53,862 nucleotides of DNA. It comes from a bacterium. GTDB lineage: Bacteria; Nitrospirota; Thermodesulfovibrionia; Thermodesulfovibrionales; JdFR-85. Position 1 is the stretch's first letter. The number at the start of each line of letters is the position of its first letter. The stretch lies in the NCBI GenBank assembly GCA_036244995.1, contig BTTF01000001.1:1-53862 (forward strand). Direction: 5' to 3'. Under the pieces are notes generated by a model. The model did not search any database, had not been told where the DNA came from, and was given only the letters and a program-made list of their open reading frames with translations. The position numbers and the translations under genes are program-made. This document shows positions 26,571 to 35,228 of the stretch, in pieces.

Positions 26571-27407
26571 ATGAATACACTTGATGCGTGCCCGGATATA
26601 AGGCTTGAGAGACTCCTCTTATGTACAGACGGTTCGGAATTCAGCGAAGGTGCTATCAGGGAGGCTATAAGCATTGCAAAAAGATGCAACAGCAAACTGT
26701 ATGTCATCTCTGTAGTGGAAGTAAACCCTGAATTGGAGGTGTATGCCCCCGGACTTGCAGAAAAGATAGAAGAAAATACAAGAACACACCTCGATGACAT
26801 AAAGGAAAGGGCTGAAAAAGAGGGGGTTACTTGTGAAAAAATAATACACAAAGGCGAGAAGACTTACAGCTACATAGTTAAGGAGACGTCCAGACTAAAG
26901 GCTGACCTGATCATAATGGGCAGACACGGCAGGACAGGCATTAAAAGACTAATGATGGGAAGCGTTACCGCAAGGGTCATTGGACAGACTGCATGCAATG
27001 TGCTTGTTGTGCCAAGGGCGGCAGTCTTTAAGTGTAAAAAGATACTGATTGCTACAGATGGCTCGGAATTCAGCGAGAAAGCAGTTCATGAGGCCCTCGA
27101 TATTGCTGCGGCGTGTGAGAGTGAGGTTGTTATCGTATCGGTGGCTTCAAGCGACTCCGAAATCAAGGAAGCAGAGACATTTGTCCAGGAGGCCCGTAAA
27201 ACGGCCGAGAAAAAGGGGTTAAAAGTTACGACCGGAATACCCGTGGGCACTGTCTATGAGATAATCATTGATGTTGCTGAAAAGGAAAATATTGACCTTA
27301 TCGTTGTTGGAAGCCACGGCAGAACAGGACTTAAGAGGCTATTGATGGGAAGTGTAGCAGAAAGGGTTATCGGTTATGCCTCCTGTACGGTATTGGTAGT
27401 CAAGTAA
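26571..27407 (+). CDS. Tandem universal stress protein (2 x UspA domain)
   Basis: 278 aa. Two USP domains, each ending with the ATP-binding-type motif G(R/S)HGRTG(I/L)KRL(M/L)MGSV...VL(V)V. Confidence 0.85.
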   Translation: MNTLDACPDIRLERLLLCTDGSEFSEGAIREAISIAKRCNSKLYVISVVEVNPELEVYAPGLAEKIEENTRTHLDDIKERAEKEGVTCEKIIHKGEKTYSYIVKETSRLKADLIIMGRHGRTGIKRLMMGSVTARVIGQTACNVLVVPRAAVFKCKKILIATDGSEFSEKAVHEALDIAAACESEVVIVSVASSDSEIKEAETFVQEARKTAEKKGLKVTTGIPVGTVYEIIIDVAEKENIDLIVVGSHGRTGLKRLLMGSVAERVIGYASCTVLVVK

Positions 27408-27427
27408 TAATATATTGCAACCTGTTA

Positions 27428-28786
27428 TTATTCTTCCATGTCATATCTCTTAATCTTTCTCCAGAGGGATACCCTGTCTATTCCAAGCACCTGGGCTGCC
27501 TTTGACTTATTGCCACCAAACTCTTTCAGCACCCATTGTATGTATGCCTTCTCCTGATCTTCAAGGGATGGGACTTTCCCTCCACGCTTCCTGAACGTCC
27601 TGATACTCAATTCCCTGAGATCATCAGGGAGATGTAACGTTTCAAGGGTTTTCCCTTTAGAGAGTGCGATCCCCCTCTCGATGATATTCTCCAACTCCCT
27701 TACATTGCCCGGAAAGTTGTAACTGTTAAGCACGCCTGACATATCATCGGAAATATCAGACACATCCTTTCCCATGATCGAAGAGTATTTCCTGAGGAAG
27801 TGATAGCACAGCAACGGGATATCTCCCTTTCTCTCCGAGAGTGGCGGCAGGTGGAGCGTTACTACATTCAGACGGTAATAAAGGTCCTGCCTGAACTCAC
27901 CGCTCTCGATAACTTCCTGTATATTCCTGTTGGTGGCTGCAATGAACCTCACATCCACCTTTACCGGTTCAGTGCCCCCAACACGCTGGTATTCTCTTTC
28001 CTGTACAACCCTCAGGAGTTTTACCTGCATGGATGGGCTCATTTCCGTAATTTCGTCCAGAAACAAAGTACCCTTGCTTGCCACCTCGATAAGACCTTTT
28101 TTAAGGAATGTTGCACCTGTAAATGCCCCCTTCTCATGTCCAAAAAGCTCGTTTACGAGGAGCCCCCCTGAAAAAGCCCCGCAGTTGATGGCAATAAAGG
28201 GGCCTTCGGACCTCCTGCTGTAAAGGTGGACATACCTTGCCACCAGTTCCTTACCCGTTCCGCTTTCACCCGTGATAAGGATATTACAGTCGGTTGGCGC
28301 AACATCCCTGGCTGTATCCAGTATCCTGAGCATCCGGGGGTCCTGGGTGATTATCCTCACCCTGTCCGTGATGTTCTCAAGACTCTCCCTGAGCTGCCTG
28401 TTCTCTTTCTTGAGCCTTACCTTTTCCGAGGCCTCCCTTACGATCTTTCTTACCTCATCCAGCTTAAAGGGCTTTGCTATATAATGGTAAGCCCCGTGTT
28501 TCATTGCCTCTATGGCAGTCTCAACCGTGGCATATCCAGTAATCATTATTACCTCTAAATCCGGGTTGGATTCCTTGCATCTTTTGAGTATCTGCATTCC
28601 GTCAACCTTCTCCATCTTCAGGTCGGTCAGAACAATGTCAAACTCATGTCTGCTTAATAATTTTAAGGCGTTCTGCCCGTTTAAGGTTGTTTTTATCTCG
28701 TAACCTTCCTTGTTCAAGACATGCTCAAGGTTCTTTATGGCTATCTTTTCGTCATCAACAATCAGAAGTTTTATTCTGTTTTCCAT
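27428..28786 (-). CDS. Sigma-54-dependent response regulator (NtrC family), apparently orphaned
   Basis: REC domain (LLIVDDE...LTDLKM), AAA+ domain with GESGTGKE and the GAFTGA loop (EKGAFTGA), and a C-terminal Fis-type HTH (KSKAAQVLGIDRVSLWRKIK). Confidence 0.9.
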   Translation of the reverse strand: MENRIKLLIVDDEKIAIKNLEHVLNKEGYEIKTTLNGQNALKLLSRHEFDIVLTDLKMEKVDGMQILKRCKESNPDLEVIMITGYATVETAIEAMKHGAYHYIAKPFKLDEVRKIVREASEKVRLKKENRQLRESLENITDRVRIITQDPRMLRILDTARDVAPTDCNILITGESGTGKELVARYVHLYSRRSEGPFIAINCGAFSGGLLVNELFGHEKGAFTGATFLKKGLIEVASKGTLFLDEITEMSPSMQVKLLRVVQEREYQRVGGTEPVKVDVRFIAATNRNIQEVIESGEFRQDLYYRLNVVTLHLPPLSERKGDIPLLCYHFLRKYSSIMGKDVSDISDDMSGVLNSYNFPGNVRELENIIERGIALSKGKTLETLHLPDDLRELSIRTFRKRGGKVPSLEDQEKAYIQWVLKEFGGNKSKAAQVLGIDRVSLWRKIKRYDMEE

Positions 28787-29224
28787 CCTCGTCTCCTTTC
28801 AGTGGGAGTTTTATGATAAAGGTTGTTCCTGCACCCGACCGGCTTTTCAGGTCAATAGTCCCGTTGTGCTGCTTTATAATCTCATGACTGACATACAGCC
28901 CGAGCCCCGTACCCATTCCAACATCCCTTGTTGTGAAAAACGGGTCAAATATCTTGTTGATTATCTCCTCGGGGATACCCCTGCCTGTATCCGAAACCCG
29001 GACCTCAACCTCTTTTTTGTCCCTGTTCTCTCCGGCCGTTATTATGATCTTGCCTTCCACTCCCTTATTACTATTAAATTGACGAATATGATTGAGGCGA
29101 TGAAAAGTATAAGCAGAAAGCTTCCTGTATATCCCAGCTTTATCTTCTGCAGTATACTCCTGTTCTTAACAAACATAAAATATAGTAACATTCGATATTG
29201 CAAATTGCAACTATAGCGCTGCAT
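28755..29224 (-). pseudogene. Decayed sensor histidine kinase (TM segment plus the HATPase_c end only)
   Basis: Two short ORFs in different frames. ORF 29224-29042 encodes one TM helix. ORF 29060-28755 encodes only the G1/G2 ATP-binding part (VSDTGRGIP...[17 protein letters not shown]...GTTFIIKLP), paralogous to the C-terminus of the kinase at 29337-30896. No DHp/H-box fits into the 470 nt available. Confidence 0.65.
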
Positions 29225-29336
29225 CCAAAACTTCGGATATGATACAATATATAAAGTAGATACAGTTTTTGCAAGGCTCTAAACCCGGCGAAAATGGATA
29301 ATATCTTCATTAAAAGAAAAGGAACTTAATAGGTCC

Positions 29337-30896
29337 GTGTCGATAAAAAAGAAAATAATTCTCAGTTTCTTTATCAGTTTTTCAATCATTGCAACACTTG
29401 CCGTAGCAGCTTATCTGGACTTTCGCGAGACCAGAACCGAGTTTAAATATCTTGAACTTGCAGAAAGCATCAGGGGTAAGACCTTACAGTTAAGAAGGCA
29501 TGAAAAAAACTTCTTTCTTTACGGAGACAGCAAGGAAATTGATCTTATTCACAGATATATAGGAGAGATTGAAGCGCTTATTAAAGATGCCAAGCCTTAT
29601 ACCCGCAACGACAATCTTGATAAATTGAATGTCAAACTGAAGGAATTCAGTCTGCAGTTTGAAAACATTACCGCCATGGCTTCCGGTTTCCATGAAGAGT
29701 TGGCAAGCCTAAAGCCAAAAAAACCGTCATATCTTTTTTTAATACCCATAATTAAAGCCACTTTTCTGGAACACCCCCTGCAAAATGCACAACTCCTGAA
29801 GCGATTTTTTTATATATCCAAAAAAGATGACTATATTACATTCCTCAAAAGACTGGGGAATGAGATTAAAGATATGAGGAAGACCGGCGAAAAAATTATC
29901 GGGATATCTAAAGAACTGGATAGGGGTGCCAGGGAAAGGGTGCAGAATATTATTAATGTTACCAAGGTAGCTGTTCTGGTATTCTTGCCTATATCCTTCC
30001 TGATCGGGTTTGTATCGCTATTTTATATCAGCCAGAACATAGTTAACAGGTTGAAGAAACTGATGGAGACGATTGAAAAAAGTGGTGCCGGTTTCTTTTC
30101 TCCCATGCCTTTTCCGGCAGGCCATGACGAGGTCAGTACATTAATAAGGACATATAATAATATGGCAGAGGCATTACATGCGCGGGAGGAACTACTCAGG
30201 ACAAAAGAAGAAGAGTTGATTCAGAGTAAAAAGCTTGCAGCCATAGGCACCCTTGCATCCGGAGTGGCTCACGAATTAAACAACCCCCTGAATAACATTC
30301 ATATATCGGCACAGATATTGGCAAAGGAGATGGGTGAGGACTGTACGGGTATTATAGAGGAGACAGTTGATGATATATTGAGTCAGACTTTCCGGGTAAA
30401 GAAAATAGTTGCAAATCTGCTGGATTTTGCAAGGTCAAAGGAGCCGGACTTTCAAGAAATAAACATCGTTGATATTATACAAAAGACATATGCTCAGGCA
30501 CAGAAAATAACGGCATTCAAGGATATAGAGTTTGTATTAGAATCTCCGCCTGAAGTCTTCCTCCAGGCGGACCAGGTCCAGATTGAACGGGTCTTCGTCA
30601 ATCTCTTCACCAACGCAGCTGATGCCATGGAGGGCAAAGGAAAACTTCATGTGAAGGTTTTTCCCGAAGAAGATACGGTTAAAATAGAGGTGACGGATAC
30701 AGGTAACGGGATACCTCCCGAGGTTAAAGACAAGATTTTTGACCCCTTCTTTACAACCAGGGACAGGGGAACCGGTCTCGGCCTGTCCATAGTATATAAC
30801 ATCATCAAAAACCATGGCGGCAGTATAACCGTGGAGAGCACGGCAGGAGAAGGGACCACATTCAGAATCTTCCTGCCGAGGTACAGAGAGGTTTAA
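29337..30896 (+). CDS. Sensor histidine kinase with an extracytoplasmic helical sensor domain
   Basis: 519 aa. TM1, about 170 aa of helical region ([13 protein letters not shown]), TM2, a linker, H-box [12 protein letters not shown], then the N, G1 and G2 boxes (DTGNGIP, GTGLGLS). GTG start. Confidence 0.85.
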   Translation: MSIKKKIILSFFISFSIIATLAVAAYLDFRETRTEFKYLELAESIRGKTLQLRRHEKNFFLYGDSKEIDLIHRYIGEIEALIKDAKPYTRNDNLDKLNVKLKEFSLQFENITAMASGFHEELASLKPKKPSYLFLIPIIKATFLEHPLQNAQLLKRFFYISKKDDYITFLKRLGNEIKDMRKTGEKIIGISKELDRGARERVQNIINVTKVAVLVFLPISFLIGFVSLFYISQNIVNRLKKLMETIEKSGAGFFSPMPFPAGHDEVSTLIRTYNNMAEALHAREELLRTKEEELIQSKKLAAIGTLASGVAHELNNPLNNIHISAQILAKEMGEDCTGIIEETVDDILSQTFRVKKIVANLLDFARSKEPDFQEINIVDIIQKTYAQAQKITAFKDIEFVLESPPEVFLQADQVQIERVFVNLFTNAADAMEGKGKLHVKVFPEEDTVKIEVTDTGNGIPPEVKDKIFDPFFTTRDRGTGLGLSIVYNIIKNHGGSITVESTAGEGTTFRIFLPRYREV

Positions 30897-32234
30897 ATGA
30901 GCATTAAAATCTTTATTGCAGAAGACGAAGAGATAACGCTGAAACATCTGATGTATGCCCTTGGAAACGAGGGATATACAGTTTCCGGGGCAAAGGATGG
31001 TCTTGAGGCATGGCAGAAAATCGAAAAGGAGCATTTTGATATTGTTATTACGGATATAAAAATGCCCGGACTTGACGGCATGAGCCTGCTTGAAAAGATT
31101 AAAGAAAAAGGGATGGAGACGGATGTGATCGTTATTACGGGTTTCGGGAGCATTGATTCAGCAGTGGAGGCCATGAAAAAAGGGGCATATGATTATATAA
31201 CCAAACCCTTTAATCTGGATGAATTATTATTAAGGGTCAGAAAGATATGTGAAAAAAAAAGCCTTGAAAGAGAAAACATAGCGCTGAAGACCTCACTCGG
31301 TATAGATAAAGACCTCCCTGCGTTTATCGCAAAAAGCAAGAAGATGAAAGATGTGATTAATGTTATCAGGAGCATAACTGCGTCTGATTGCAACGTTATC
31401 ATCACAGGAGAAAGCGGTGTTGGCAAGGGACTTGTTGCAAAGCTTATTCACTATACAGGGACACGGGTAAACAGGCCTTTCCTTGCAATCAACTGTGCAA
31501 TCTTTACAGAGGAACTCCTTGCCAGTGAACTTTTCGGCCATGAACGGGGGGCCTTCACAGGGGCGGTAACCACAAAAAAGGGTCTTTTGGAGATTGCAGA
31601 TACAGGGACTCTTTTTCTCGACGAGATAGCCGAGATGTCACCGTCCCTGCAGGCAAAGCTCCTGAAGGTCATCGAGGACAGGGAGTTTTTCAGGGTTGGG
31701 GGCACAAGACCTGTGAGGGTGGATGTCAGGTTCATTGCTGCCACAAACCAGGATATAAACGGACTTGTCACCAAAGGCACTTTCAGAAAGGATCTGTTCT
31801 ACAGGCTCAATGTAATGGATATCTTTATACCCCCATTGCGGGAAAGGAAGGAGGATATCCTGCCCCTGAGCAAATACTTCCTTGAAAAACACGCCAAAAA
31901 GGCCAGGAAAGATATCAAGGGGTTTGCAAGGGAGACAATGGAGATACTGAAATCATACAGCTACCCTGGAAATGTCAGGGAGTTGGAAAATATTATCGAA
32001 AGGGCAGTGATTCTGGAACAAACATCGCTTATCCAGCCTAAAAACCTCCCGGTTACCATGCAGATGTTCCAGATTGAAACGATAGATCCGAGCAGGTTAA
32101 GGACAATTGACGAGCTTAACAGGGAATATGCCTTGAAGATTCTCGATCACCTTGAAGGGAACAAGACACGGGCTGCTAAAATGCTGGGTATATCAAGAAC
32201 CAGCCTCTGGCGGATTCTCAGAGAAAAAGAGTAA
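30897..32234 (+). CDS. Sigma-54-dependent response regulator (NtrC family)
   Basis: REC (IFIAEDEE...ITDIKMPG), AAA+ (GESGVGKG, ERGAFTGA) and a Fis HTH (KTRAAKMLGISRTSLWRIL). The start codon abuts the kinase stop (TAAATG). Confidence 0.9.
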   Translation: MSIKIFIAEDEEITLKHLMYALGNEGYTVSGAKDGLEAWQKIEKEHFDIVITDIKMPGLDGMSLLEKIKEKGMETDVIVITGFGSIDSAVEAMKKGAYDYITKPFNLDELLLRVRKICEKKSLERENIALKTSLGIDKDLPAFIAKSKKMKDVINVIRSITASDCNVIITGESGVGKGLVAKLIHYTGTRVNRPFLAINCAIFTEELLASELFGHERGAFTGAVTTKKGLLEIADTGTLFLDEIAEMSPSLQAKLLKVIEDREFFRVGGTRPVRVDVRFIAATNQDINGLVTKGTFRKDLFYRLNVMDIFIPPLRERKEDILPLSKYFLEKHAKKARKDIKGFARETMEILKSYSYPGNVRELENIIERAVILEQTSLIQPKNLPVTMQMFQIETIDPSRLRTIDELNREYALKILDHLEGNKTRAAKMLGISRTSLWRILREKE

Positions 32235-32241
32235 AGCTCAA

Positions 32242-32510
32242 AAAAACTTCTTTTAGCCTCTCGATTTCTTCACGATTTCTCACGATTTTTAACAAACTAA
32301 AGAATATCTCTCCTCTGTTTCTTATCCTGATGCTATCTTGAAGGCATCGTGAATCTTAAAAACTTCTGTAGCCTCACGATTTAAAGGAATCAAGCAGTTT
32401 CTTTCTGTTTCAACTCCAACCCTCCAACCCTCCAACCCTTCATATCAGGTTCTCCAGCCCAAACAGGACAGCTTCCGGCTTCTCCAACCAAAACCGTTCA
32501 GTACCGTTCA
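32242..32510. repeat. Repeat-rich intergenic region (several direct-repeat families)
   Basis: A 25/26-nt repeat AAAAACTTCT(T)TAGCCTC(T/A)CGATTT occurs at 32242-32267 and 32358-32382. Three 10-bp-phased (T/C)CACGATTT(C/T)T units lie at 32261-32290. CTCCAACC x3 lies at 32414-32437. ACCGTTCA x2 (10-bp phase) lies at 32493-32510. Confidence 0.8.
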
Positions 32511-32575
32511 AAAATGAAACACCAGACACCATGTCTCCTCCTTAAAATATCCTTTAAAATCAAGCTATTAGCGGT

Positions 32576-32591
32576 TGGCATCAGATTTGAT
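32576..32591 (+). promoter_or_regulatory. Candidate sigma-54 (-24/-12) promoter
   Basis: TGGCAT-CAGAT-TTGAT compared with the consensus TGGCAC-N5-TTGCW. The GG-to-TTG spacing is correct and the -12 C is replaced by A. It lies 48 nt upstream of the ATG at 32638 and directly downstream of a sigma-54 activator gene. Confidence 0.5.
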
Positions 32592-32637
32592 TATATGTTA
32601 GCAGTAATTGAATAAATCGCTTGAAAGGAGAAGGAGC

Positions 32638-33120
32638 ATGAAAGGCAGGGTTTTATTCGTAACAAAGGAAGATGAGAATTTCAGGGATGGGTTCTCATAT
32701 GTAATGGAGCTGTCAAAAATAGTAAAGGGAGGTATATACATCCTGTTTTACCACGATAAAAACCTTATTAAGAGATTTGAAGATGATATGGCAGCGGCTG
32801 CCCTTGCCGAGGCAGGCGAGTTTGAGACTGCGAAACAGATTATTCACGAAGAAGAAGTCCTTACCAGGGCTGATGCAAGCAAGAAGGTTGCTTTGCTGAG
32901 GCAGGAATGCTCTGACCCTGAAATGCTTGTGGATTACCGCCTCGCAACAGGCGATCTCGTCTCTGCAATAAGGGGTGTCCTGCAGGATAAAGCAAGTATC
33001 GAGATGGTAATACTCAGCCCCTCACTAATGGACAGTGGCAAGGCTATCAGCCTGAAGAAATTAAGAAGGTATATAACAAGACCTATTGTGACTATGTCAA
33101 GACCTGCAAGTGCCCAATAG
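32638..33120 (+). CDS. Hypothetical protein, weakly USP/adenine-nucleotide-alpha-hydrolase-like, carrying an AEAGEFETA motif
   Basis: Start at the ATG at 32638 (AAGGAG lies 7 nt upstream). MKGRVLFVT... and ...VILSP resemble USP-fold beta strands. Residues LIKRFEDDMAAAALAEAGEFETAKQIIHEE (32764-32853) recur in the next ORF. Confidence 0.6.
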   Translation: MKGRVLFVTKEDENFRDGFSYVMELSKIVKGGIYILFYHDKNLIKRFEDDMAAAALAEAGEFETAKQIIHEEEVLTRADASKKVALLRQECSDPEMLVDYRLATGDLVSAIRGVLQDKASIEMVILSPSLMDSGKAISLKKLRRYITRPIVTMSRPASAQ

Positions 33121-33144
33121 GTATCAAGAAAGGAGGAACAAAAA

Positions 33145-33342
33145 ATGAAGGTCTTAAGAAGAATGTTAAAGAGATTTGAAGGTGAGATGGCGGCTGTAGC
33201 ATTTGCAGAAGCCGGTGAATTTGAGACTGCAAGAGAAATTCTGAAGAGTTCCGTGAGTGAAGAAGTATCCAATGGCAACAGCGTTTTTGACAGTGAGGAA
33301 AGCCAGGGATTGAATATCTTAAAGCACGCTGAAAGCAAGTAA
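33145..33342 (+). CDS. 65-aa protein sharing the AEAGEFETA motif
   Basis: AGGAGG lies upstream. MLKRFEGEMAAVAFAEAGEFETAREILKSS (33163-33252) is about 30 aa paralogous to the preceding gene. The remainder is an acidic/polar tail. Confidence 0.55.
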   Translation: MKVLRRMLKRFEGEMAAVAFAEAGEFETAREILKSSVSEEVSNGNSVFDSEESQGLNILKHAESK

Positions 33343-33357
33343 AAGGAGGCAGTAAAA

Positions 33358-34143
33358 ATGGGCATGTTCAATGTATTGTTGACCCTCGGGGTTGTAGGTG
33401 GTTTCCTTTCAGGTCTGCTGGGACTTGGAGGGGCAATTATCATGATCCCTCTCATGTTAACTGTTCCGAAGATACTGGGGGTAGGCGCACTTTCGATGAA
33501 AGCGGTTGCCGGACTATCCATGATTCAGGTGGTATTTGCATCTTTATCCGGTGTTGCCCGACATAGAAAAAACAAGTTTGTCAGCATGAAGCTTATATAT
33601 ACACTGGGAATAGCCATGGCGATTGGTTCGGGGTTCGGCTCCATAATCTCAAAGTATATGAGCAACCAGGTGTTGATGATTGCGTTTGGCTTTATAGCGG
33701 TGATAGCAGCCTTGATGATGTTCATACCACCGAGGTCTGAGGGTTCTGAAAGTATTACCAATCCTGATGACATACAGTTTAACAAACCACTTGCCGCTGT
33801 ACTTGGGGTAATAATCGGAAGTCTGGCGGGTATGGTTGGCGCCGGAGGCGGGTTTATATTGATCCCGGTGATGATTTACGTCCTTAAAATCCCTATAAGA
33901 ATCACTATAGGTACCAGCCTTGGAGTAGTACTCATCGGCGCAGTTATAGGCGCTATCGGCAAGATGGTTACAGGACAGGTAGATTGGTTACTTGCGTTGG
34001 CTCTCATTATCAGCTCGGTCCCATCCGCCCAGTTAGGCAGTCTTGTGAGCAAGAAAACCCCGGCGCTGATTCTGAGATACTCACTCACTCTCCTGATAAT
34101 TTTAACAAGTGTTGAAATATGGTATAAGATTATCGTGGTATAA
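33358..34143 (+). CDS. TauE/SafE-family membrane protein (second copy in the window)
   Basis: 261 aa with 7-8 TM helices. GLGGAIIMIP and GAGGGFILIP are the duplicated TauE/DUF81 signature. Confidence 0.8.
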   Translation: MGMFNVLLTLGVVGGFLSGLLGLGGAIIMIPLMLTVPKILGVGALSMKAVAGLSMIQVVFASLSGVARHRKNKFVSMKLIYTLGIAMAIGSGFGSIISKYMSNQVLMIAFGFIAVIAALMMFIPPRSEGSESITNPDDIQFNKPLAAVLGVIIGSLAGMVGAGGGFILIPVMIYVLKIPIRITIGTSLGVVLIGAVIGAIGKMVTGQVDWLLALALIISSVPSAQLGSLVSKKTPALILRYSLTLLIILTSVEIWYKIIVV

Positions 34144-34176
34144 ATTACGCTCACTCCACTCCACCCCGTCAAGAGG

Positions 34177-34210
34177 AACACACAGAGGTGAACGCCTCTG
34201 TGTGTTTTTT
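34177..34210 (+). terminator. Strong rho-independent terminator
   Basis: AACACACAGAGG-TGAACG-CCTCTGTGTGTT (12-bp stem) runs directly into a T run; the TTTTTT at 34205-34210 includes the last two stem positions. Confidence 0.85.
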
Positions 34211-34299
34211 ACTTTTCATTTTTTGCTTTTAAAATTTATCCCAACCCTTTTTTTAGGATTTGAACTTCGAAATCGCTCAAATTAGGTTATAATTTAACA

Positions 34300-35196
34300 A
34301 TGGAAAAGCGTTCAAAAATACTGATTCTTGATAACTCAAAAAATACGGAAAACCTGTTAACTTTTGCAATCCAGTGGGCAGACCTGATAAATGCATCCAT
34401 AAAGGTTATCCGGGTTATAGATGAAAAGGTTATCAAGAACACCACTATGGCAATTGGCGCCGTTGGCACTATTGCCCGAATGATCAAGGATGATTTCATA
34501 AAAGAGGCCGGCGAACAGATCAAAACCCTGTCCGAAAGATACGGTGTTAACGTCTTGCTGAACATAGAGGTTATAGTGGGCAATACCCTGGAGGAGATTA
34601 CCCGGGCTATAGATAAAGCTGAAGCTGATTTTTTAATCCTGACCCCTGCGCTTAAAGGCCCCCTGGGAAGCATTGCATCGGAAGTTGTTGGATACAGCAA
34701 AAACAACTGTATTGTCCTGCCCACGGGAGTTCACTATTTGAAGTGGGACAGAGTTCTACTTGCAACCGACTGTTCAGACAAGGCAGAGAGTGCCACGGAA
34801 ATGGCTATAGAGATTGCCGAAAGGTTCAAGGGCAGGCTCTTTATCCTGTCGGTGGTTACTTCTAATGAGGAAGTCCAGATACATGCACCTGCACTCCTCG
34901 ATAAAATGGCTGACGAAAGGAAAGGGATGGTAACAGAGATAGTGAATCAGGCCCGGAAGCGAGGAGTATATGCAGAAGGGATAGTAAAGGATGGCACAAT
35001 TTCCAATATCCTGATTGACCTCAATAGAACCATACGCCCTGATATAACCATTATGGGCAGCGAGAGCAGAACAGGGTTAAACAGAGTCTTTATGGGAAGC
35101 GTCGTTGGAAGTATAATCAACAAGGTTGACCATCCGATCCTCGTAATCAAAAAACCCTTTATATTTAAAAACGATCAGAGAGCAAGGCAAGACTAA
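34300..35196 (+). CDS. Tandem universal stress protein (2 x UspA-like domain)
   Basis: 298 aa. The second domain is canonical (RVLLATDCS...GSESRTGLNRVFMGSVVGSII...PILVI). The first domain is divergent. Confidence 0.8.
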   Translation: MEKRSKILILDNSKNTENLLTFAIQWADLINASIKVIRVIDEKVIKNTTMAIGAVGTIARMIKDDFIKEAGEQIKTLSERYGVNVLLNIEVIVGNTLEEITRAIDKAEADFLILTPALKGPLGSIASEVVGYSKNNCIVLPTGVHYLKWDRVLLATDCSDKAESATEMAIEIAERFKGRLFILSVVTSNEEVQIHAPALLDKMADERKGMVTEIVNQARKRGVYAEGIVKDGTISNILIDLNRTIRPDITIMGSESRTGLNRVFMGSVVGSIINKVDHPILVIKKPFIFKNDQRARQD

Positions 35197-35228
35197 AATA
35201 ATGTGACGAGCTGCTATAATATCCCACA

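Noticed and set aside
32934-33521. 195-aa minus-strand ORF spanning three plus-strand genes
   Set aside because: It lies antisense to well-supported forward genes that have RBSs and paralogous motifs. Its translation is low-complexity (Ser/Pro/Ile-rich) with no recognisable domain. It is a typical shadow ORF.
34282-34302. TATAAT placed 6 nt upstream of the USP start codon at 34300, suggesting a second leaderless promoter
   Set aside because: No acceptable -35 hexamer lies at 16-18 nt (CTTCGA at 17 nt; TTGAAC would need a 22-nt spacer). The support is much weaker than for the promoter at 7713-7741.
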